Source: Syncephalis fuscata S228
Taxonomy: Eukaryota; Fungi; Zoopagomycota
Length of the DNA stretch: 64,000 nt
Assembly: GCA_025786725.1 (NCBI GenBank)
Contig: JAHLTZ010000035.1
Span: forward strand, 62,001 to 126,000
Direction of reading: 5' to 3'
In this document: positions 26,081 to 40,400 of the stretch, in pieces
Numbering within the stretch: position 1 is the stretch's first letter
Layout: each line of letters begins with the position of its first letter
Notes under the pieces: generated by a model
Told to the model about the DNA's origin: nothing
The model's database searches: none
What the model saw: the letters and a program-made list of their open reading frames with translations, nothing else
Program-made: the position numbers and the translations under genes

Positions 26081-29000
26081 ATGGTGCCTGAGAACTGTTA
26101 CACTGTAGTTCAGCCTGATTCGGGGCAAGACCAGCCCTCTATGCAGGAGCTGCGTACTGCACTAGAAAAAGGCAGCGACACGCTAAAGATTGCCACGTTG
26201 AAGCGTATCCTTCGTATGATGGCCAGTGGCGACTCATGTGAGGGCCTACTGATGCATGTTATTCGCTTTGTACTGCCCAGTAAAAACAAGACTCTAAAGA
26301 AGTTGTTGCATTTCTACTGGGAATTATGTCCAAAGACCAACGAGGATGGTAAACTTAAGCAAGAAATGATTTTGGTGTGGTAAGTTTTACTAATATTAGC
26401 CAGTCATCAATCATATTAAAATTAGATTTATTATTAATATTTACGTGTTTATATGCATTATTTACAATGATGTTGATGCAACATCAATAGCAATGCATTG
26501 CGTAACGATTTACAGCATCCAAATGAATATATTCGTGCTTCTACACTTCGATTCTTGTGCAAGTTACGCGAAGTGGAGATTCTCGAACCACTTGTACCAA
26601 CTGCACGTGCCTGTCTGGTAAGTACTTTATTTGACGCAGTTTATCCATCTCATCTTTGCTATCTGTATATAGGAACATCGCCATTCATACGTGCGTCGTA
26701 ATGCAGCATTTGCCGTCTATTCTATTTATAAAACGGCTGAACATCTTATTCCCGATGCACCTGAACTAATGCAAACCTTTTTAGTTGCGGTAATATATAT
26801 ATATATGACAGTGAAATGGTATATTTTTACTAATATATAACACATTTACTGCTTATTATTACTGTTATAACTGCACTACAGGAAGCCGATGTAAACTGCA
26901 AGCGCAATGCATTTATTATGCTCTGTAACTGTGCACCCGCAATAGCAGTTGACTATTTGAAGCAAGTCTACGGACAAGTGGCTAATTTCGATGAACTGAT
27001 GCAATTGGCCATTATTGAGTTCATTCGTAAGGATAGCCGTAACAACTTGGCTGAACGAGTAGGTCAATCTAATGCATTATTAATTTATATACTTGCTAAT
27101 ACCAATATTTAATATGACGATACTAGTCTCGTTATATTCGTTGTGTTGTTGATCTATTAAATGCTAAATCACATGCAGTCAAGTACGATGCGGCCAATAC
27201 GCTTGTGTCATTGACCCATAGTCCAGCTGCCATTAAAGGTATTTTAATAAATATATCATCAGTAGTGCTACATACTAATAATGCTATAAATATCATATGA
27301 TTAGCGGCTGCCGGATGTTATATTGAGTTGGCTGTCAAAGAAGCAGATAATAATGTCAAATTGATTGTACTTGAACGTTTTGGTGAATTGCACACTAAAT
27401 ACGAACATGTATTAGATGACAGTGTTATGGATGTTTTACGTGTATTGCATACGTAAGTAACAAGCATATACACAGTTTGTAATTGATTGATTGATTGATT
27501 AATGATACATTAGACCGGATATTGATGTTCGTCGTAAAACACTGGATATTGCATTGCAGTTAGCGAATAATCGTACAGTGCAAGATGTCGTTACACTGCT
27601 TAAAAAGGAGCTTAGCAAGTCACAAGGACAAGAGTATGACAAGGTAGGCAGAGTTGCAAACTATAAAGATGATAAAGTATACTAATATCGAATAAACTAT
27701 CATTAGAGTGCGGAATATCGTCAAATGCTCGTACAGAGCATTCATACTTGTGCCATTAAATTCCCTAATGTGGCAGCCGATGTTGTTCACGTACTTTTGG
27801 AATCATTGAGTGAAGCGCAAAATTCATCAGCTACTGATGTTATTGCCTTTGTACGGTAAGATGAACATGGTTTATGTAGCATTTGATAATAGAGCTGACC
27901 TATAATTGTAATCATTAGTGAAGTAGTAGAGAAGTTCCCAGAATTAAGGGCCGAGATTCTTGAACGTCTATTGGATGCATTTGAAGAATTGAAATCTGGC
28001 AAAGTATTCCGCGGTGCCTTGTGGATTGTTGGCGAATACAGTCTTACGGTAGAAAGTAGGTTATTGATACAATTATAATTAGTTATTTATATTTATATTC
28101 GTTATGTACTATTAAATAGGTTTGGATACAGCTTGGGACAAGATTAAACTCTGTTTGGGTGAATTGCCACTTCTTGCCTCGGAACAAGTAAGTGTTTATT
28201 GGCATATACACAACTATTACTAATGATAATGATAAAGCGTGCGTTAGATGCTGCTGATAAGTCAGATGAGTCGGACGAGAATAAACCAGTTGCAACGCCA
28301 GCTGCTCGCCGTATTCTTCCCGATGGCACTTATGCCAGCGAGAGTGCTTTAAGTGAAAGTAGCCGTGCATCCAAGGTGGAGGCAGTCAAGGCATCTACTA
28401 AGCCACCGCTAAGATGTAAGCATTTATACTAAACTAGTTTATTTAATATATCTTATATATTTTAAATTATTAGCTTTACTATTGACCGGTGACTATTTCC
28501 TCGGTACAGTATTGGCCACAACAATTGTCAAAATGGTGTTGCATTATGCAGAATTAAAGGTTGAAGCAAAGAAGCTGAATATACTACGCGCTGAGGTATG
28601 TATTGTATTATAAAGAATATTAATAGTATTTAGTATTTATTCATTTATTGTATGCATATATATATATATATATATATATGTTATAGGCTATGTTAATATT
28701 GACAGGATTCATTCGTATTGGCCGATCTGAATTCCCTTCATCTCCTATTGATGAGGACTCATACGAACGTATTCTTACATGTCTCCGTGTACTTGATCGT
28801 ATGGAAGACGGTGTAATCCATCAGGTATTTACACAAGATTGTAAACAAGCGTATATACGCATACTACAAGAGCACGAACGTATTGAGAAAGAAAAGAAGA
28901 AACAAAACAGCCATGATGTGGCTATACAAGCCGATGATCTAATTACATTCCGTCAATTCCATAAACGTGAAGGAGGCGATGCCGATGAGGTTAGTAGCTA

Positions 29001-30282
29001 TAGAATAATAGTTTATTAGGTCTAATCTACAAATAATGATTTAGTATGAGTTGGATGTGACACGTGCAGCTGGTTTAGATACACAAGGCGATTTGGGATC
29101 GATGTTGAGCCGTGTTGTCCAACTAACAGGTATCATATAAGAGAGTTTAACAAGTTATTGATATACTAATCTGACGAATAATAGGTTTTTCGGATCCAGT
29201 CTACGCCGAGGCCTATGTAACAACGCATCAATTTGATATTCTACTTGGTAGGATAATATATGAGTCTACTATTGCTATATTTACTTAATTGTTAAATTGA
29301 ATAGATTTGTTGGTGGTCAATCAAACGGGAGAAACGTTGCAAAATCTATCATTGAGTTTGCCACGTTAGGCGATTTGAAGTTGGTAGAGAAGCCAAGTCA
29401 ATACACGATTGCACCACACCGATTCCAAAGTATTAAAGCCAATATCAAGGTAGGCTATGCATAAGAATTGCAATATCATTTAATAACACACCTATTCGCA
29501 GGTATCATCGACCGAAGCCGGTGTTATCTTTGGTAATATCGTGTATGACCGAGCTGGTTCCTCAGACGGTAACTGTGTCGTTATGAGCGATATTCAAATT
29601 GATATTATGGATTACATTAATCCAGCCTCTTGTACGGAGAATCAGGTAATTTAATTGATATTAATTATTGTAGTCTTTACTAATGTATAACTTTTACTAT
29701 TTTTAATAGTTCCGTAGTATGTGGACTGAATTTGAATGGGAGAATAAGATTAATGTTGTAACTTCGCTTACGTAAGTAGTTAATTACTATAATAATGTAA
29801 ACTAAATACTAATATTTTGTGTATTAAGGGATCTACGTGAATATATGGAATTCTTACAAAAGCGTACCAATATGAAATGTCTTACTCCACCTCAGGCTAT
29901 GTCTGGTGATTGTGGCTTTTTATCTGCTAATCTATATGCTCGTAGCATCTTTGGTAAGCTATTTTATGTTTTACATACAGTATTAATACTAATGACACAC
30001 TATTATAATCCATAATAGGCGAGGATGCATTAGCAAATTTGAGTATTGAGAAACGAGGCGATGGTCCAATTACTGGTCATATTCGTATTCGTAGCAAGAC
30101 ACAAGGCATTGCGCTTAGTCTAGGTAAGTATAGCCATCATTATCATCGATAATAGTAATAATGAATAACAATTATTATTATCGTTTCTATTGTAGGTGAC
30201 AAGATTTCAAATGGTAAGTTTATAGATTAGTAAATATAACTAATATTAATAGTTTATTAATATAGCGCAAAAAACCATTTAA
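26081..30282 (+). CDS. SEC26: Coatomer subunit beta (COPB/Sec26), multi-exon
   Basis: [88 protein letters not shown]. Confidence 0.97.
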
Positions 30283-30399
30283 TTCATAATGATCTCTTCT
30301 GTTAACAGCCACAACAAAACACATTATGGAATAAATGAATATCGTTAAATAATTACAAATTAAAAGTATTTATTCAATATTGTAATCACTAGTATGTTA

Positions 30400-31381
<982 letters not shown>

Positions 31382-31617
31382 GATAGACAATAACGCTTAC
31401 TATTAATATTGTTGCTACTAAGAATAATGACTATACCAACAAAGAATTGCAAACAATAAACGATTAAGCCTACACGTAACTTTTTACACAATTTTATCCT
31501 ATTTAGTATGGAAACATGTGAACAAGTTTTTATTGTTTAAATATCGCCTGATGTCAATTTAGACCAATCATTAAAGCGTAATTTTAATTTACTATTAAGT
31601 TGACATCTTTATTTGAC

Positions 31618-33785
31618 CTATCGGTTACGTATTCTAATACGTACGCGATGCTTCAAGTTCCGTTGTGTTACTGTCCAGTCGTGAACCAGGTGTACACGAT
31701 GTAGGGGCATTACTAGCACATTTACGATGGCAAACATAGCCACAGTCTAATAGAGTTTGGTTAGTGTCTATTAATCATCTATTGAACTCTAAATAACTTA
31801 CCATCACATTCCATAAATTTTTTAAATCCTGGCATCATGCCAAATCTTCGATTACATACAAGACATTTGCCCATAGTAAGCGATTTTACTACCGAGAATC
31901 GATGTGGTATGCTTCCCTGTGATTTTCCGTCTATATTGCATATTTTATATTAATTAATTGATTAATTTGCAATAAGTAATAAATTTAAATGTATCTACCT
32001 GGTGTATACTGATGATGATGATTACTTACTACACGAACCGTGGTTTGTGTATCTGTAGATAAACGATTGGAATTGGTAATTCGTACCGTTTCCATATCAA
32101 GTATCGATTGATCATCCACTGTATCGTCGTTTTCAGTTGTTGATCTAACATTTGTATCCAATGAAGGCCGGCTTTTATTTGGTCGATAAGTAGCAGTGCC
32201 CAAGTCATCTCGTTCAAATAATTGTAGGATTTTAGGTGCCATATGCTCCGTTGGATTGATATTCAAGTTGGCCGACGTATCTTCCACAACTAGATATCAC
32301 AGTTATATTTGTAATTAACTACAAATAAGTAAATAAATGGCACTACAAACCTGGTTCGGAAAAGGTGCCAACATGACCTGCGGCTGGGAATGCTCGTTCA
32401 AGAGCCCGTAATGATGAAAGAATTTCTGACCAGTTGGGCCGTGCTTCTTCAACTGCATCGGTACATTTTATGGCCAATTGAAGAAAGTCTTCAGGATAGT
32501 TGTCGGTAGCATGTAATCGAATGGTATCAGGATCCATACCAAAGCCAGGCATTTTACGTGTAAATGCACCAGAATCAGCGGTTCTTCGACAGATAAGTTC
32601 GCATAAAACAACGCCAAAACTAAAGATATCTACTGAAATGCCAAATTCCATTCCCTACATCATAATAATGATTAGTAATAAATGTAATCATCTATGGCAC
32701 ACTACACTCACCAGCATAATTTCTGGTGCCTTTAAGCATAATATTGATATCAATTATTAATAGCCATTAATTCATTAATTAATGTGTTAAATAGCTTACC
32801 ATATAACCATCCTATTATTATTAATTAGTTAATTAATTAGTTAATTAATTAGTTAGTTAGTTAGTGTGGTAAAACACTTTTACTTACTGTGCCACAATAA
32901 CTAATACGCTTCATTTCATCTTCATTTTGAGCAGCTATTCTATAGCAAATATAAATAACCGCCGTTTAATATTGTACTATTACCTACCTTGAGAAACCAA
33001 AATCACACACTTTAAGTCGATTATTTTCCGTTACTAATAGATTCTCGCCCTTGATTCCCTGTATACTATCATAGTCTATATAAAATAAATAAATACTACA
33101 GCATAACCTACCGATGAATGATATTTCTCGCATGAAGGAACGCCAAGGCCCGTGCCACATCGACAGCAAAACTAATACGCTGCGACCAAGGAAACAACCG
33201 TGATTCATCTTCAATCCACTAATAACGACAATAGTGATTATGATATCAATCCAATTAGAGTTATAACCAATGTAATATTGCTGCTTTAACATCATAGCGT
33301 ACTGTTTTTAAATTGCCACCTGATACAAATTCGGTAACAATAAAGAATCGGTCCTCGTGCTTGCACACGTCCATAAACTAAATATACGTATTTATTTAGC
33401 CATCCTGTACTATAATGGTATTTATACTATATCTATGTTATATTATATTACCTGAACAACATTGGGATGTCTTGCCGCTCTAATAACACCAATATTATAG
33501 ACTTGATAGCAAACAAGTGCACTACACTTACCGAAGCATATCCACCTCGCGTGTAAAATACTTTTCAAAATCAAACGCCGTATCTTGAAAGCATTCTTTA
33601 ATAGCTACTTCCGTCGCCTATCCTCGCCATAGCCTGTATCAGCAGTGGTCTACACTATAGACGGGCCATCTCTATCTTACCAAATACTCGCCGCGATGAA
33701 CGGCACCAAATAAACCCGACCCAATTTCCTCATGGAATTCAAGGTCGGTAAATTGAATACCATCATCTGAAGACGTTTCCGTCAT
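31618..33785 (-). CDS. TKL-group TESK/LIMK-like (LISK) kinase with C-terminal C1 domain; contains micro-exons
   Basis: IGSGLFGAVHRG, VAIK, KGENLLVTENNRLKVCDFGFSR, SYCGT|DGYM|APE, VDIFSFGVVLCE. C-terminal HRF..KCLVC..MECDDCGYVCHRKC..C. Confidence 0.88.
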
Positions 33786-34027
33786 TGTAACAACAATATA
33801 GTAAATAGACACAAAAGAAATAGAAGGTTACTACCAAACGACGACGACGAGAGAGAGAGAGTACACTGTAACAACAACGTGTGAAATACTATAGCGACAC
33901 CAACAACTAAGGTAATTGCTGTTGCTTTAATTAAATAGAACACTAATGAGGTGTAATAGGCGTATTGCTTATTAACTATGATAGAGGCATAATGAAGGCG
34001 CGTGACGGCCCCCCGCGTACCCATGCA

Positions 34028-34574
34028 TCAGGCGGTCAATGACCATGAATGACGTTTCCTAATTAAATCTACAGCACCGCGATATAATTGAATATCCAGT
34101 TCATTGACTTCTCGTACAAGTGTAGCCTGTAAACGATGGCTCATTAATAGATTGCTACTATCATAGTGGGTCGTGGCCTAATCGATATTAATAAATACTA
34201 TATTATTGCACTATTGCTTACTGTAGTTGTTGGTACAAGCTGTCCCATAAATTGATAGACACCATTGATACGATGTTCAAACACGCTAAGGATCGAGGTA
34301 TCTATAACGAGTTGCACTTTATTGTCTTCTATTAGGGCCTCACTCTGTTGTACATTATAATCAACAAGTCTATTGAGGGTCGTTGTTTATGTCACCGTCG
34401 GTAGTCAGTATGTAGAATGTATTAGTAAGATGACCCTACAACTTACCTGCCCGTTACTCGTAATGGCACTCCTTGCTTCGACCACTCTGTCAATAAAGCG
34501 TCGTTCAACTCGTCAACAAAAACAACTCGAGCTGACTTAGGTCTTGTATTAACGGGAAATGGAGCAGCATTCAT
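34028..34574 (-). CDS. TEN1: CST complex subunit TEN1 (telomere-capping OB fold), 3 exons; absent from the ORF track
   Basis: Spliced: PLRVTGR|LVDYN...LVIDTSIL...GVYQFMGQL...RLQATLVREVNELDIQLYRGAVDL. Confidence 0.8.
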
Positions 34575-35142
34575 ACTGACACTTTCTGTAATCAGTCTAA
34601 ACAGAGAAAATGATTTATCGATTTATTAATGAATTCATTTAAACACTTTATCTATTTTTACTATTCTAATGGTAATGGTAATAAGAAACAATATTTATCT
34701 TTTACTTCTATTCAATATTTGATTATCTATATTTCTATTATTATACTTAACAAATAGTAAATAGATTTGGTTTATAACATATTTAATTATTGAAATGATA
34801 CATTGTGTTGTATCAATAGAAACTGAAACAATTAACAACTTTTATCTTGTTACTTGCCATAAGTACCATCTTTATATAGCTCACTCTTTATACCATCCAA
34901 TCTATCGTACAATAACCATACACGTGTATGATTATCATTATAATTTCCTGTAAATAGATCATAAATCGTAATCTTGAGTAGCACAGATGTGATACCGGAA
35001 CAGTCGGAATCTTTCACATACAAAAACCACCAATTCAACGTATTAACCGCCGTTTTTTCTTTTCTTTTTATCTTTTGACGTGTCGCCTTTTCACTGTTTA
35101 GTTTACGTTCAGTCCATAACTATCTACTTGTTCGGTGTCAAT

Positions 35143-37303
35143 ATGGTTCAAACTGGTATGTTGAATGGTTGTTGTTATGGTAAACTCGTGTTAATAATAA
35201 TATATTTATTGCTATTACTATTGTTTTGGTTATAGCTCTTTTATCGGTTTATGATAAGGCGGGTCTAGTGGAGCTGGCCCGTGAGTTGCAAGGCCTAGGC
35301 ATTCGTTTGGCTGGTTCCGGTGGCACGGCGCGTCTTATTCGCGAGGCAGGTCTTGATATTATGTAAGTAGTGCTGTAAGACGCACTTGTTATTTACTAGT
35401 TCAATATTCATATCTATTCATATCTATTCATATCTATTTCATTCATTGATTAGTGATGTATCCGATCTTACCCATGCACCAGAAATGCTAGGTGGTCGTG
35501 TCAAGACACTTCATCCAGCAGTTCATGGTGGTAAGTAGTTGACACTATAATCAATTAGCCTATTCATAATTGTAAATAGGTATATTGGCCCGTGATATTG
35601 CATCGGATGACGCTGATCTGGCTGCACAGCATATCGATAAAATTGATTTTGTCGTCTGTAATCTATATCCATTTAAAGAAACAGTGGCCCGTGAAGATGT
35701 CACCATTGCCGGTGCCGTTGAAGAGATTGATATTGGTGGCGTCACACTATTGCGTGCTGCCGCTAAGAATCATGCCCGTGTCACTATTCTATGTGATCCA
35801 ACTGATTACACTAAGTTTATTGAAGAATTAAAGGCATCTACTGGCGATAAAAAGGTCGTATCTGAAGATATGCGTCGCCATTGTGCACTCAAAGCCTTCA
35901 ATCACACTGCTGATTATGATGAAGCTATTTCAAACTATTTCCGTCAACAATATGCTGCCAATCAGTCGCAGTTAACACTTCGTTATGGTGCTAATCCACA
36001 CCAGAAACCAGCACAAGTATTTGTTAAAGAGGGTGAATTGCCCATTAAAGGTAATTACTATAGATTATATAGACTACACTATATTAATAGTTTATTAAAT
36101 ACTACACTTAGTATTGTCGGGTGCACCTGGCTATATTAATTGTTGGATGCTTTGAATGCATGGCCATTAGTTAAGGTAGGTTAAATAACATTATATGTTA
36201 TTATTATCGATAATTAATTCTATATACTTGTAGGAATTGAAAGCAGCTCTTAACTTGCCCGCTGCTGCTTCATTTAAGCATGTTTCTCCAGCCGGTGCTG
36301 CGGTTGGTCTACCGTTAAGCGATGTAGAGAAGCAAGTCTATATGGTAGAAGGCATTGAATTGTCTCCATTGGCCTGTGCCTATGCTCGTGCTCGTGGTAA
36401 GTAGTATAAAACGTACACCATTATATACTTATATAGACGGCGTACAGGTGCCGATCGTATGTCATCATTCGGCGACTGGATTGCTCTTAGTGATGTATGC
36501 GATAAAGCAACAGCACGTATTATTTCACGAGAAGTATCCGATGGTGTTATTGCCCCTGGCTATACTGATGAAGCATTGGAAATCCTACGTAAAAAGAAGG
36601 CCGGTAAATACACCGTATTACAAATGGATCCAAGCTACGAACCAGCCGATGTTGAAACCCGTCAAGTTTATGGGCTATCGCTGCAACAAAAGCGTAATAA
36701 TGAAGCTATTACTCCATCACTATTCACGAATATCGTATCATCAAATCAATCATTACCCGAATCAGCTGTACGTGATCTAGTGGTGGCCACTATTGCTCTA
36801 AAGTATACGCAATCCAATTCGGTATGTTATGCCAAAAACGGTATGGTAATTGGTCTCGGTGCCGGTCAACAATCACGTATTCATTGTACTCGACTAGCTG
36901 GTGAAAAGGCCGACAACTGGTGGATGCGTCACCATCCACGGGTACTTGCTTTTGACTTTAAACCAGAAGTGAAGAGGGCTGACCGTTCCAACGCCATCGA
37001 CTTGTATATTATCGATAAGATTGGTCAAGGTGCTGAACGGGCAGCTTGGGAATCGCTGTTTAATACGGTGCCTGAACCATTAACGGCCGAGGAACGTGCC
37101 AATTATCAGGCCCAGTTAGATGGTGTTTCTATTTCATCCGATGCCTTTTTCCCCTTCTCCGATAACATTCATCGGGCCAGTCAATCTGGTGTCAGCTATA
37201 TTGCTGCTCCAAGTGGCAGTGTACAAGATGGTGTGGTTATTGATGCGGCCAATGCTCATAATATGGTATTCTGCCATACAGCACTTCGTCTATTCATCAT
37301 TAA
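35143..37303 (+). CDS. ADE17: Bifunctional AICAR transformylase / IMP cyclohydrolase
   Basis: [67 protein letters not shown]. The expected LRLFHH* end needs one extra C near 37295. Confidence 0.97.
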
Positions 37304-37434
37304 TAATAGTAATCATCGTCATCATGATCGAGTAACAATAAACAAATGCGTTTATATAATATTTATAATAGTATTTATTATATTAATAATTAAATGACAG
37401 AAGTACAAGTTAATTAAAACAGATGTAAATCGAG

Positions 37435-40400
37435 CTAATAATGCGAATCATAACTCGAATGTGATGGTGGTGGTGGTGGTAATGGACGTCTATGCCGTAT
37501 TGAATAGGAAGGGCGTCGTTGTAATTGGTGTTGTTGTTGTTGTTGATATTGTTGTTCATATCGTTCATCGTGTAATTGCATAGCATCCATAGATAGAGGA
37601 CGAGATGGTAAAGTGGAGGTGGGACGTGAAAAGACACGTTGCATTGAAGGTGGTCTTACTACAGGGGGCGGACCTCGAGATGCGTGGTGATTAGATGGAT
37701 AAGCAGCCGTATTTGCCATCAAATACATAGATTGTTGTTGCTGCTGCTGTTGTTGATACTGATGATAGGATGGATGTTGTCCTGTATTACTACGTTGTCT
37801 TGATTGATGTGGTGCTGGTGGTAATAACGAAGAGGAGGACAAATCACCACGTCGTTGTTGTTGTGCTATAATCCACGATTCAGACAATAGTCTATTAATA
37901 GATTAATAAATAAATAGATTAGTAAATAATAATAGATTAATAGACTAGTTACTTACTGTAATCGTACAATGGCTATTACGGCATAGACAGCGGCTTTGAA
38001 TCGAGTTCTACTTGATGATTGGCGATAGATGGCACTATGTCGTGGTACTTGTACCATATCACTAATCATACGTAATACTTCTTGCTCACTATATAAATAA
38101 CATATATAAATATAAATATATAAACTAGTTAATTTGTCTATTAAATCTATTCATTAAGCTAATTTACCTTGATTCCATACCACCAATAATAAGTAAGAGA
38201 TATTGTTTTTGGAATTGGAAATCCATTCTGAAAGCTATTTCACGTTGACATTTGGCCTGCAAATATCTAATTTCACGTCCTAGTTTTCGTGTATCTTGAC
38301 GATGTTGTTGTTGTAACTGTTCCATTTGTTCGCCAGCATCTTGTTGTTTAATAATCCATTCATGCTAAATTAAAATAAAATATCAATATTAATAATGTAT
38401 ACTTGTATTTACATACAAACTTACTTCGTGTAGCTCTTGTTCTTGAGCAAGACGTGCCTCAAGATCAGCAATCTCTTCGGCTAATGCTCTATTCTCTTGT
38501 CCAAGACGGGTTATTTCCTGTATTAATTCCGGTTGCTATAAATATAAATATATATGTATTAGTAAATAGATTACATAATATAATTGTTGTATATTACTTG
38601 ATTCTGTTGTCGTTCCATATGTAATGTATCTTCTAATAGTTGTATATTGGATTGAGCTTGATGATACATTTCTTCAGCACGGGCTAATCGCTGTCGCAAT
38701 TGCTGTACTGCCGAGGAATTCCAACCAGTTGGACCGGAGCCACCACTCATAGCACTCACTGGACGACTACCCACGCTTAATTCTACATATCATATTAATA
38801 TCAATAGATAACATTAATAAACAACATTGCTAAATATCTATTTGTAATAGCTTACCATCAACAGCAGTGATACTAGAGGCATTATCTAAAATACTTTTTA
38901 ATAAACGTGGCGCTAATTTCTCCATGGTCATTAAGAAACTAGTAGTGGTACAGGTCATAGAGGCGCCAATCTCGCCCAATGCCTTCAAATCAACTCGATC
39001 CACTGTAACTACACCGGCAAACCGTGTACTGCCTAGACTTGATGGTACACGACTTACTGTACCTGATGGATCTTGCATTCCCGTTTGTTCTTCAAGATGT
39101 TGTTTTAATGCTGCATGTTCTTCCATCAATTCACGCATCTGTACACCAAATTCACGTAATTCAAGTAAAATATTCTGGCTAGTTGTAGGTTCAATATTGC
39201 CAGATTCATGTGTATAAGTAGCCGCTGATGTAGCAGACAATCCATCTCTACCACCACTTGAAGTGCGTGATACAGATCGACTCATAGAACGGCTTTGTCG
39301 TTCATTTGTTCGTTGTCGTTGCAATTGTTTTTGTTGATTTACAATAATACGACAAAGTCTATCCAATTCTACTAATGTTTCAGCATTAGTATGCAACACC
39401 GTATCGACATTCTGTTCCAACCTATATTTATTTAATAATAACCATATTAGTGTTCATATATTAATACTAATATATACATATATACATATATACATATACA
39501 TATATAATAACTTACATGGCACTTGTGTTTGATCGTGTATATTCTAATGTTGAATGATTCAAATCGATCTTTGCTTCATTTAATAATGCTGTTGTGGTCA
39601 CAGCATTTTTCTTTACCGCATCAAGTTCTCTAACCTTTTGTTCAAGCTCTTCTCTTACTAATGCTGTCATATTCTCGGCTACTCTGGTTGCTGCATCTCG
39701 TTCCTCTACCTTTTCATCAAGTTGTTGTAATTGACGCTCAGCTTCCATAAGCTGTAGATTCAATTGTTCCACTTCTGAATTACGCTCATCCAATTGCTGT
39801 TGACATAGCTCTAGCTGTGCCTGTAATGTCTGTGCCACATTTGTTGGATGTTGTGTCTCAAAGTCACGTAGCCACGTAACATCATTGCCATTATTCATCG
39901 TCATATCAGCTTCTTGATTCTAAAAACATTGTTAGTAATACAGCTATATTAATACACCACTATAATACTTACCAATGATAGTAAATCAATCCAATGAGGC
40001 TGTAATGGAACACCATTCATTTCAAGTTGCTCCAAAGTATCACGTAATGCTCGTTTTAATGGATCAACCATCGTAGAATGTTGTCCTATAGATGCTATAT
40101 TCGCCGATGGATGCGAGTGGGCCACTGAAGTAAAACGATGTTCAATCTCCAAGCATCGTTGTTGCCATTGTGCCAATTCATCATCACGCATTTCAATTTC
40201 CCGTGCTGCTTCTTCATAACAATGACGCAAACCTTCTTCTAATCCATACCAATGGCATCCTTTTCAACTCTTAATGTCGTTAGTTCTTGCTGTAATTTAG
40301 CCACTAAATCATCGGTGGCCTTCACCAATGGATGATGTGGACTGACATCAAGTAGACTATCGATATCAGGAATACCACGAACTCTATCGGTAAAGGCTAG

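Noticed and set aside
37295-37397. Apparent hydrophobic C-terminal extension of ADE17
   Set aside because: Explained by one missing base; restoring it gives the conserved LRLFHH* end.
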